Shown here piece after piece: positions 8,145-16,184 of a stretch of DNA of 64,000 bases. Both the position numbers and the translations under genes were made by a program. The stretch spans positions 5,836-69,835 of IMG/VR virus record IMGVR_UViG_3300010970_000136, one strand, 5' to 3'. The first letter of the stretch is position 1. Each line of letters starts with the position of its first letter. The DNA is from a virus. The notes under the pieces are model-generated. The model had not been told where the DNA came from, searched no databases, and saw only the letters and a list, made by a program, of their open reading frames with translations.

Positions 8145-10727
8145 CTATTTTTTGTTATTTCTATTCTTTGCATTTAGTTTTGCGACCTCTAAATCATTCT
8201 GCATGTTCTCTCTAGCTATTTGATTCTTGTCTCGTTCTATCTGCAATTTCTGAGCAGCCAATACATTTTTAGAATTAACGTCAGCTATTTTAGCTTGGTA
8301 TTCTTTTTCTGCTTTAGATTGCTCTGCTGTAAGTCTTGACATTTCTAATGCATCAGCTGTTCCTGAATTATCTTCATCTGCCATAGCATTGTTATTTTTT
8401 CCGTATGCTGAAATAAGAGCAATCTCTTTCTTATTGATTCTATCAAGTTCATTTTGATAATCCTCATGTGCTTGATCAGCTTGTTTCATTTCAGTAGCTT
8501 GTTGCAACGTAGCTTCAGCTTGTGCTTGTTGTTGTTGCAATTGTTGTTGTTGTAATTGATTAGCTTGTTCTTGTTGAGCAATTTGTCTGTCTCTCATGTC
8601 TTTAAACACTTTCTTCATCTCTCTAATAGACTTAGTGCTATATAGTTCAATGATTTCATATAGTGTACCGCCATTCTGAATAACAGCTTGAGATAATTGT
8701 CTAAGTTCATTAAACATTTGATTATCCTCTGGTCTATTAGTTAAGAACACTTTAAGATCACGGAACTTAAGATCTGATCCATTCACTTGTACAAACGCTG
8801 ATTCTCCTTCTCCTGTAATATATGAAAGCGTGCTTTGTGGCTTAGCGCTTTCTAAATATAAAGCTGCATCAATGATTGCTTGGTATAATTGACCTAACAC
8901 ATACTCGTGTGCTACAAATAATGGCTCTGTTTGCGAATAACTTTGTTGTATAGCAGTATTTGTCCCTGTAGCACTTTCTGAAGCAGATACGCTTCCTAAA
9001 CGCTGTTTAGACAATCCTACAAGTTCCCAACATTCAGCTTTGATTTGTTGTGCTAATGTATATCTAGATTGTATCTCAGATGTACGTGTAAGATCAAGAG
9101 CTGTAAACTGGTTAAATGAACTAGGAGATTTCATGTTCTCTGGACTATCATCAACAAATACAACACCTCTGTTACGTGCTTCCATTTCCCAAATATCTAG
9201 AGCATCTTGAGCATCTCCATCTTTAGGAATAGGTACATGTCTCAATGACATAAGTTGAACCTTACCAACTTCTTTCTCTAGAAGTTTATATAATTGATTC
9301 ATACATACATTGTAAATCACTTGGAATGGTTTCATCATATCAACAAGAGATTTAGCTTCTGTATTCTTCACTTCGTAAGTTGTTCCTATAATAGGGCAAT
9401 AGTTAAGAAGGTTGAATGGTTTAATGTGGTAGATGTCTGGTCCAATCTTAGTTCCTTGGTACCATTGATTGATCCATCCCCATTCTAATGATTGTTGTGT
9501 AGGAATAGTTCCTGATTTGTAACTCTCATCAACTAATGTAGATTGTTCATTGCCCATCTCATCTAAATAGATAAGTTTACCTATCTTCTTTTTAGAGATC
9601 CAATATGATCTAACAACAACATACTTATATCCAAATGAACTAACATTATTAGTTAGTCCCAAGAAGTCTTTAAGTCCATCATTGTTTTCTTTCATTTCAC
9701 TCTCAATCAACATACGTGTTTGTAACACTAATGGATCAAATGTATCATACTGTACAGAGTCTTGCCCTGGTGTAGCTTCTGGATTACCTAAGTTAGATTC
9801 ACGTACGTTAATAAGTCCATAATCTTGAAGAGAAGAACGTAAGTGATCTATTTCCTCTTTTGTAAGGTCTGGTACGCTTTCAATAATCTCTGACAGTTCC
9901 ATAACCTGGACAGTCCCAGCAGCATAAGCTCCTTGTGCTCTTCCTGTGGGATCAGAGATCCATTTTCTGTCTGGGGTTGTAAGAAACCACGTGTTTTTTG
10001 GATTAGCAACTTCGATGTTGAATCCAAGCTTTGAGTTGTCTTCATATATGTGATAAAATTCTCTAGCAGAAATACAAAGATCTCTAAAGGCATCTTCGCT
10101 TTTCTCCTTAGTGTTAAAATCTGCTTTTTGACATGTTAATATATGGTTAGCCCATTTTTCTGCAACTGATGTGTAGTTATCTAACTGATCCTGAACCTGT
10201 TCCATAGTCATCTTCTCAACATCTTCATCAGAAAGTTCTACTCCTTCTAAAGCTGCTTTCTCATAGATCTTCTCTCTAGCTTGACTCATAACATACTTGT
10301 TAAGTACATCTGTCTTAAACTGAAGTTCTTCTGCTTGACTATCATCATCAAATGCTTTCACTTTGAATGCATCTGGACGTTTAGAAATTTCTCCTACTAA
10401 TTCATTAACAGGAGTGGTAATGATTGAATAGTGTTTTACATAAGCAGGAAGTTCTAGATCAGATGTTAATACATCTGTGAAGCTTCTTACCTCTGGTTCT
10501 TGATAGAAATCCTCCATACGCAAGATTCCTTTCATGAGATCATAGTTCTTTACGAACGTATCTCTATTCTTGATGTACTCAGCATATGCCTTATTGGAGA
10601 AATAGTCCATTGTATTCTTTACCCAACTCTCATCTTCTTTCTCCTTCTCAGTCTTGAACTGATCAGGGAAGATGTTTAAATAAGCATACCTAATGGTAGC
10701 ATCTTTTGTATATCTAATTATTGCCAT
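8145..10727 (-). CDS. Portal protein
   Basis: 860 aa directly after terminase; Gln-rich coiled-coil C-terminal barrel typical of podovirus-type portals. Confidence 0.88.
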   Translation of the reverse strand: MAIIRYTKDATIRYAYLNIFPDQFKTEKEKEDESWVKNTMDYFSNKAYAEYIKNRDTFVKNYDLMKGILRMEDFYQEPEVRSFTDVLTSDLELPAYVKHYSIITTPVNELVGEISKRPDAFKVKAFDDDSQAEELQFKTDVLNKYVMSQAREKIYEKAALEGVELSDEDVEKMTMEQVQDQLDNYTSVAEKWANHILTCQKADFNTKEKSEDAFRDLCISAREFYHIYEDNSKLGFNIEVANPKNTWFLTTPDRKWISDPTGRAQGAYAAGTVQVMELSEIIESVPDLTKEEIDHLRSSLQDYGLINVRESNLGNPEATPGQDSVQYDTFDPLVLQTRMLIESEMKENNDGLKDFLGLTNNVSSFGYKYVVVRSYWISKKKIGKLIYLDEMGNEQSTLVDESYKSGTIPTQQSLEWGWINQWYQGTKIGPDIYHIKPFNLLNYCPIIGTTYEVKNTEAKSLVDMMKPFQVIYNVCMNQLYKLLEKEVGKVQLMSLRHVPIPKDGDAQDALDIWEMEARNRGVVFVDDSPENMKSPSSFNQFTALDLTRTSEIQSRYTLAQQIKAECWELVGLSKQRLGSVSASESATGTNTAIQQSYSQTEPLFVAHEYVLGQLYQAIIDAALYLESAKPQSTLSYITGEGESAFVQVNGSDLKFRDLKVFLTNRPEDNQMFNELRQLSQAVIQNGGTLYEIIELYSTKSIREMKKVFKDMRDRQIAQQEQANQLQQQQLQQQQAQAEATLQQATEMKQADQAHEDYQNELDRINKKEIALISAYGKNNNAMADEDNSGTADALEMSRLTAEQSKAEKEYQAKIADVNSKNVLAAQKLQIERDKNQIARENMQNDLEVAKLNAKNRNNKK

Positions 10728-10728
10728 T

Positions 10729-12750
10729 TTATCTAAACAATTTACTTTTTGGTGTGTTAAACATTGATCTGCTTTCTGTAAACAGAGTATTTTTCTTGTT
10801 CTTAGTGAACATTGATTGCATTCTTACATCTTTCTCTCCCCCTATTTTACCCATGATTGGGTCTAATTTCATTGCCAAAGCTATTGCAAGCTCTGCAGCA
10901 ATGATACGGTCAAAGTTACCCTCTTCATTATATTGTATCATCTCCTCTAGTAAAACAGGATCAAATATCTTTGACATACCCTTTGTTTCTGAAATGATGT
11001 TTCCTTCATCATCTTTCTCTACATGCATCACTTCCTCTGTATACTTCTTCAGAGCTCCATGTAAGAAGTCTCTAATCTTCTCAGAAGATCTGTGTATTCC
11101 GTAATCCCTTCTAACTGTGGTGTTTGGAACAATTTCTTTCAACCAATCTGGCTGTCTCTCTAGATAATGATTATCTCCTTTAGATATCATGTAGTCTATA
11201 AAAGATATCTCGTCATTCTCACATAATGCTCTAGCATTGTAATACTTGATGAGGTAACGAGCTTGTTCTTCCCATGTTTCTTTCTTGTCTGGTCTAGCAC
11301 AATAACTAGCTACAAACATATCTTGATACTTCTCTCCAGATATAGCATGCATACGTTTATATATGTATACAGACCCTAATGAACTAGAATATGCAGACTT
11401 ACCTTGTCTATAAGGGTCAATTCCTGCTACATATAATCCATATGGAGGAGATTCTATAGGAAACTCATATATCACTACAGGAGCATCCTTCATATCTGTA
11501 TTCTTTAAAGGAAAGTTTGTAATAGGCATCTTATCTGTAAACTCATGTTTCACTCCTTGACCATCATCATACAATATAACAGGTGTTCCTGTTCTTTCTT
11601 GTTGGCCTAGTCTGAACTTCTGACGTTTAGCAGCTTCTATATCAAAGATGTTTGTGTCCTCATTTAAGAATATGTCATCCACCTCTTGTGGATAGTACAT
11701 CTTCTCCTTTAAATAAGCCACTCTATCTCCTGCTTTCTTTAATTTATCTAAGTTGTCGTTGGTTATTTTTGTAGCAAGTTCTTCGTTAGACACCATCATA
11801 GACACTTCGTGTAAGGAAGATCCTACAGGTGCATCAAGAAATGCTCCTAGAGTGGACTCTTCTTTAGCTTCCATTCTATATTTGTGTGAGATGAATAGGC
11901 CATGTACCTTCTTTTCATCTTTAGCACTTTGGTATTCTAAGAAGTTGAAGTTTTCTACATCGAACATTAAGCTCTTTGCATCCATAAACTTCTTCATATC
12001 TCCACCTGTACCTGTTAGGATTGGAGAACATCCCCAACCAAATGGTGTGGTGAAACCTGGTGTTGCTGCTTGAAGTCCTCTAAGGAAACTTCCTTTACCT
12101 ATCTCGTCAATAATAAGTCTACGAGGTTTGGTACCTGCAATAGCCTCTTCATTGTTACCTTCATCTAAGTTACGAATAAGGATCTGAGAAAAGGGGATTC
12201 TTTCCCCTGCTTTAGTCTTGATACCTAGTGTCACTTGGTTCTTCCAGTTATCTTCTACCCTCTGCCATCTCCATGCTTCTGGAATGAAGTTAAGTCCCTT
12301 ATCAATCTTATCTGTAATAAGTTTAATATCGGGAGCATTTAATCCTGCAATAATGTTCTGTGAGTTTTCATCAAATGTAGCACCATGTCCTATATATGAA
12401 GCCTCTAACACAGACTTAGCAAAACGTCTAATTCCTAAGATGACTAATCCTTTCTTTTCTTTCTGTGCCCTGTCTATTTCATTGGTAACTAGCCACTCAT
12501 TATCTCTCAATAATGGATTAGCATATTTCTGGTTTATTCTTCCATATTCATCTAGAATATCTACCTCTGTATGCCAGATGTTTAAATGCCAATATAGAAA
12601 TGGATTGATATATTGTCCATCCATCATAGCACCATTCATACATAGTTCTCTGTGGAAGTTAAAGAATTCTCTATACTCCTCAGATCCTTTGTCTGGAACT
12701 CTACCTTGATTGATAAACCAATCCTTATATTCTATATTATGTAGTTTCAT
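10729..12750 (-). CDS. terL: Terminase large subunit
   Basis: Walker A-like RRFAKS, Walker B IIDEIG, coupling motif GTGG, nuclease GIDPY and DRIIA. Confidence 0.92.
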   Translation of the reverse strand: MKLHNIEYKDWFINQGRVPDKGSEEYREFFNFHRELCMNGAMMDGQYINPFLYWHLNIWHTEVDILDEYGRINQKYANPLLRDNEWLVTNEIDRAQKEKKGLVILGIRRFAKSVLEASYIGHGATFDENSQNIIAGLNAPDIKLITDKIDKGLNFIPEAWRWQRVEDNWKNQVTLGIKTKAGERIPFSQILIRNLDEGNNEEAIAGTKPRRLIIDEIGKGSFLRGLQAATPGFTTPFGWGCSPILTGTGGDMKKFMDAKSLMFDVENFNFLEYQSAKDEKKVHGLFISHKYRMEAKEESTLGAFLDAPVGSSLHEVSMMVSNEELATKITNDNLDKLKKAGDRVAYLKEKMYYPQEVDDIFLNEDTNIFDIEAAKRQKFRLGQQERTGTPVILYDDGQGVKHEFTDKMPITNFPLKNTDMKDAPVVIYEFPIESPPYGLYVAGIDPYRQGKSAYSSSLGSVYIYKRMHAISGEKYQDMFVASYCARPDKKETWEEQARYLIKYYNARALCENDEISFIDYMISKGDNHYLERQPDWLKEIVPNTTVRRDYGIHRSSEKIRDFLHGALKKYTEEVMHVEKDDEGNIISETKGMSKIFDPVLLEEMIQYNEEGNFDRIIAAELAIALAMKLDPIMGKIGGEKDVRMQSMFTKNKKNTLFTESRSMFNTPKSKLFR

Positions 12751-13083
12751 CTATCGTCTTCCTTTTAAGAAATCTTCTGCCATAGCTCCTAGCTCAGCAC
12801 CACCTCTAACATCTACCTTCTTAGCTTCTTCTTTTTCACGAAGTTTCTCAACTTGCTCTAACAGAGCTAGATAGTTTTTCATTGTCTCTTGAACAAACTT
12901 ACCTTGAGCCTCAATAGATGCAATCACCATAGGCATTGCTCCACCAGCTTTGGTTTCTTTCCACTTGATTCTATCCTCTAACTCATGTAAAGGATTAGCG
13001 TCAACATATTGTTTCCATGAAATCAATTGTTGCTCTGCCCAGTCAAGCTCCGTATTAATGTATGTAGTTTTCTTTAATGCCAT
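12751..13083 (-). CDS. Hypothetical protein, possible terminase small subunit
   Basis: 110 aa helical protein abutting terL. Confidence 0.4.
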   Translation of the reverse strand: MALKKTTYINTELDWAEQQLISWKQYVDANPLHELEDRIKWKETKAGGAMPMVIASIEAQGKFVQETMKNYLALLEQVEKLREKEEAKKVDVRGGAELGAMAEDFLKGRR

Positions 13084-13086
13084 TGT

Positions 13087-13353
13087 TTAGTCCTCCTCTT
13101 CGTCTAGAATGTGTGTTAAATCTAGCCCTTGTTTAATTATATCGTCTACATCATCTTCATGTATAACATCTGAATCTAGTTCTGCTCTGTAATCCTTCAA
13201 CCTCTGTAAGAAGTCTTTGTCAGAGATGCTCCATATATCAGATCCATCCAATGCTGTAGAAATATGTCTACCTATATTATATGCTGGGTGATTCTTCTGC
13301 AGATCCTCTAGCACGTTTAGTATTTGTCTGTAATAGTTTGGTCTTCTACTCAT
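13087..13353 (-). CDS. Hypothetical protein
   Basis: 88 aa, tightly packed in operon. Confidence 0.6.
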   Translation of the reverse strand: MSRRPNYYRQILNVLEDLQKNHPAYNIGRHISTALDGSDIWSISDKDFLQRLKDYRAELDSDVIHEDDVDDIIKQGLDLTHILDEEED

Positions 13354-13359
13354 ACGAGT

Positions 13360-13623
13360 TTATATTAGGTCGTTAATATCGTTCTCAGATAACTTTGTAA
13401 CATCAATGCTAGACTCATTAATGTCTTTCTCTTCAGCCATGTAATCTGGTCTCACTGTAATCTTGATGAAATCTTGTGGTTGTTCACCTTCATCACTAGA
13501 TGTACCAGAGATGTCTATGTAATCAACACCATCTTCATATAGATCGTTGAGTATTTCAAGAAGTTCCATTAAAGGTATTTTACGTAGTTGCATATGATGT
13601 ATCATTTGGTTCGTCAACAGCAA
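13360..13623 (-). CDS. Hypothetical acidic protein (start probably MQLRKIP)
   Basis: ORF track; operon packing. Confidence 0.55.
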   Translation of the reverse strand: MLLTNQMIHHMQLRKIPLMELLEILNDLYEDGVDYIDISGTSSDEGEQPQDFIKITVRPDYMAEEKDINESSIDVTKLSENDINDLI

Positions 13624-13858
13624 GCCATTTCTTTAATGGACATTCGCACGATAGACATTTAGTTTTAGCAGACAATACACATCCACAATCTGTGCAATGA
13701 TTATCTGGTCGTAATGGTGTGTGATGATTTTTAGAATGTTTATCACATGCATTACATATGTCCATTCTCCCTTCACTAACATACTCAATGTATGCTTTTA
13801 GTCTTTCCTCTGGAAGCAGATGGTTTTTCCACCCCTCATATATCTGTTCTAGATTCAT
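13580..13858 (-). CDS. Zn-binding Cys-rich protein
   Basis: CNAC...CTDCGC...CLSCECPLKKW. Confidence 0.65.
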   Translation of the reverse strand: MNLEQIYEGWKNHLLPEERLKAYIEYVSEGRMDICNACDKHSKNHHTPLRPDNHCTDCGCVLSAKTKCLSCECPLKKWLAVDEPNDTSYATT

Positions 13859-14198
13859 CGATTTTTGGTTTTAATGTTTTAATACTGATTAACAGGTTGG
13901 CTAGTCTCACTTGAACATTAGCTCTTTTAACATCTGATGTAGTTGGATCCTCTAACACGGTTTCGTACATGTCCTTCTGAGATGAATACTTCTCCATGGT
14001 CTTGATAGCCTTCTTTTCATTGAAATAGAACTTACCAAATCCAGAGATCTCGACACTCTTGTGAACGTTCAATGCATCGTTAGCGCTATCAAACTGGTGT
14101 GTCACCACAGAATCAATCACCTTCTCCGAGATCACCATCTTGATTGCCATCTTCTTGATGATCCACTCCTTCACTGACATTGACATTGGCTTTTCCAT
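13836..14198 (-). CDS. HU/IHF-like DNA-binding protein
   Basis: VEISGFGKF HU/IHF signature; IHF-like genes upstream of terminase are typical of crAss-like phages. Confidence 0.75.
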   Translation of the reverse strand: MEKPMSMSVKEWIIKKMAIKMVISEKVIDSVVTHQFDSANDALNVHKSVEISGFGKFYFNEKKAIKTMEKYSSQKDMYETVLEDPTTSDVKRANVQVRLANLLISIKTLKPKIDESRTDI

Positions 14199-14544
14199 GT
14201 TCCAGCTTTATTTCTAACGTTAAATTCTTATTGAAATCTACAACGATGATTGGGTTGATCTTCACCTTCCCTGCTTCCTTGATAAACACTCCCATCTTCT
14301 TTAACTTACTGATGATGTTGTTTATCGTTGGACTTGTTGTATTGTACTTCTTGCAAAACTCCTCCCTTACATTGGCATATGTTATATTACCCTTTATAGC
14401 TGTAAATGCTACCAACTGGATTTCTCTCTGAGTTAGATGTAGATTGTTGATAGCTGATAGGATGGAATAATACTTCTCTGCTAGAATGTATTCATTCTCT
14501 GAATCATTCTTAAGTCTTTGAACTATAATCTTTCTCTCTTCCAT
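14113..14544 (-). CDS. Winged-helix DNA-binding protein
   Basis: LTQREIQL...TINNIISKLKKMGVF...VKINP. Confidence 0.55.
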   Translation of the reverse strand: MEERKIIVQRLKNDSENEYILAEKYYSILSAINNLHLTQREIQLVAFTAIKGNITYANVREEFCKKYNTTSPTINNIISKLKKMGVFIKEAGKVKINPIIVVDFNKNLTLEIKLEHGKANVNVSEGVDHQEDGNQDGDLGEGD

Positions 14545-14563
14545 AATTTAGTTAACTATAAGA

Positions 14564-14571
14564 CAAAGATA
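14564..14571 (-). promoter_or_regulatory. Bacteroidota -7 promoter element for the virion operon
   Basis: TATCTTTG on minus strand about 20 nt upstream of the ATG at 14544. Confidence 0.6.
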
Positions 14572-14756
14572 TACAAATAATATATACGTTGTATACAATA
14601 CATATATTTTTTAATACATATGCTATATTATGGACTAGATTCTTATACTAAGGAATGAATAATTGATCGTTATTCTGTACAAAGGACATAGATATGTGTT
14701 AAATAACAATCAATTTATAGAAAGGACTTAGTCATAGAACAAACCCACCCACCCAC

Positions 14757-14789
14757 CAAAGGTAATACAAAAAATATATACCAACCAAA
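14757..14789 (-). promoter_or_regulatory. Bacteroidota sigma-A promoter (-33/-7)
   Basis: Minus strand TTTG-N21-TACCTTTG. Confidence 0.6.
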
Positions 14790-14950
14790 ACTTTTGTAAA
14801 AGGATGTGGAAAAAAAATTTTAAAAATTTTAAAACCCATCGTGTATATGGGGGTGTAGACCACTCCATCCAGAGACCCCCAGTACGATTTGAGAGATTGG
14901 GGTTACCCCCCGACATAATAATTAACAATAATCATTTAAAAACAGAAAAC

Positions 14951-15352
14951 ATGAAAAATGTAAAAATCATCAGTGGTAATTTCACAGAAGCAGGAAACTA
15001 TTCAGCTTACGATAACAAAGGTACAAGATACTTTGTTAACAAAAGAGTAATGGAAAATAATGGTTGGTCAACTGATGCTGACGTAACACTACCATTCTTT
15101 GCTAATGTTGTTACTAAACCAATTGGACAACTTGATGCTAATGGAGAAGCATTAATTGATGCTACTAGTGGTGTTGCTGTAACAGTGCTACGTGACCAAA
15201 TCACTTGCATCTACAAAACTAAAGAGGATTTAATCCAAGATGCTATTGACGAAGTGTCATTAGAGATTGACATTCAATCAGCAATCCAAATTCACGCTAC
15301 AAGTGCAGGATTGTCTCAAACAAGAGTTAATGCATTGTTAGACGCAATCTAA
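14951..15352 (+). CDS. Hypothetical protein, first gene of the plus-strand arm
   Basis: A-rich context before ATG 14951 (MKNVKIISGNF...); followed by strong hairpin. Confidence 0.7.
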   Translation: MKNVKIISGNFTEAGNYSAYDNKGTRYFVNKRVMENNGWSTDADVTLPFFANVVTKPIGQLDANGEALIDATSGVAVTVLRDQITCIYKTKEDLIQDAIDEVSLEIDIQSAIQIHATSAGLSQTRVNALLDAI

Positions 15353-15359
15353 TAAAACA

Positions 15360-15391
15360 AAGAGAGTCTGCCTTAATTGGTAGACTCTCTT
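15360..15391 (+). terminator. Stem-loop terminator
   Basis: AAGAGAGTCTGCC-TTAATT-GGTAGACTCTCTT. Confidence 0.65.
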
Positions 15392-15483
15392 AATTAAAGA
15401 CTCTCGTAATAGAGCAACATACACTATTTATATATAAGGGTGGGAGTGCAAACGTTTGGTGTGGGACATAAAAAGTTCTTTTG

Positions 15484-15566
15484 TCCTATATATATATATA
15501 CAAAACTTTTCTCCTATATATATATATACATAAAAGTTTCTTTCTCCTATATATATAGAAAACTTT
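15484..15566. repeat. Three TCC(TA)n units each followed by AAAA-C/G-TTT
   Basis: Copies start at 15484, 15512, 15545. Confidence 0.8.
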
Positions 15567-15739
15567 GAAACTTTTGTGTGTGTATTAATAGAGCAGTGGA
15601 TACATAGGCATATATTTAACCCTTGATAACAGGTATAGCAATATCATGTATCAATTCAATACATATAGCATTAACTAAACATATATGTCTATATATACAT
15701 ATTCTTTATATATAGTATAGATATAAGTTTATATAACAT

Positions 15740-16016
15740 TATTACAGACTCTTTTACGCAAGACATCAATATTATGAAACTAGAAATACATAAAGATAAG
15801 AGGAATACAGGTAAATACTTCCATAGAGTTCCAAGTAATACACATTGTAAGCGTACTAAACAAATGGTACTTAAAGAGATTACTAAATATATAGAACTAC
15901 ATGATGATCTTGGTTGTCTTAACTATATATCATGTGAATCTAGAGTGACAACTAAACTAGATCCATATACTACATATGTATATGAAGATCTATATTAATA
16001 ACTATTACAGACTCTT
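15740..16016 (+). repeat. Direct repeat TATTACAGACTCTT (15740-15753 and 16003-16016)
   Basis: Exact 14-mer, both followed by (T/C)TACG; both intergenic. Confidence 0.75.
15774..15998 (+). CDS. Hypothetical early protein
   Basis: 74-aa ORF between the direct repeats. Confidence 0.5.
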   Translation: MKLEIHKDKRNTGKYFHRVPSNTHCKRTKQMVLKEITKYIELHDDLGCLNYISCESRVTTKLDPYTTYVYEDLY

Positions 16017-16053
16017 CTACGGTCTGATTAAACATTAGAAACAATATTATAAC

Positions 16054-16146
16054 AGTTATAGTAGTTTGGAATGATGCAAGCAAGTAGCTACAAAAACAGT
16101 AAATGGATACATCTATTCTTGAAATAGTTTACGTTCTACTATAACT
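16054..16146 (+). ncRNA. Candidate small structured RNA
   Basis: Perfect 11-bp closing stem AGTTATAGTAG/CTACTATAACT, inner CTATT-CTTGA-AATAG hairpin, trailing Ts. Confidence 0.4.
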
Positions 16147-16184
16147 TTTATATATACATTAATTCCTTAATAAACTTAAACATT

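Noticed and set aside
14804-14950. N-terminal extension of ORF 14804-15352
   Set aside because: Covers the G/C-tract element and has atypical composition; ATG 14951 has the better A-rich context
15484-15566. CRISPR mini-array
   Set aside because: Low-complexity TA repeats with no unique spacers; no cas genes
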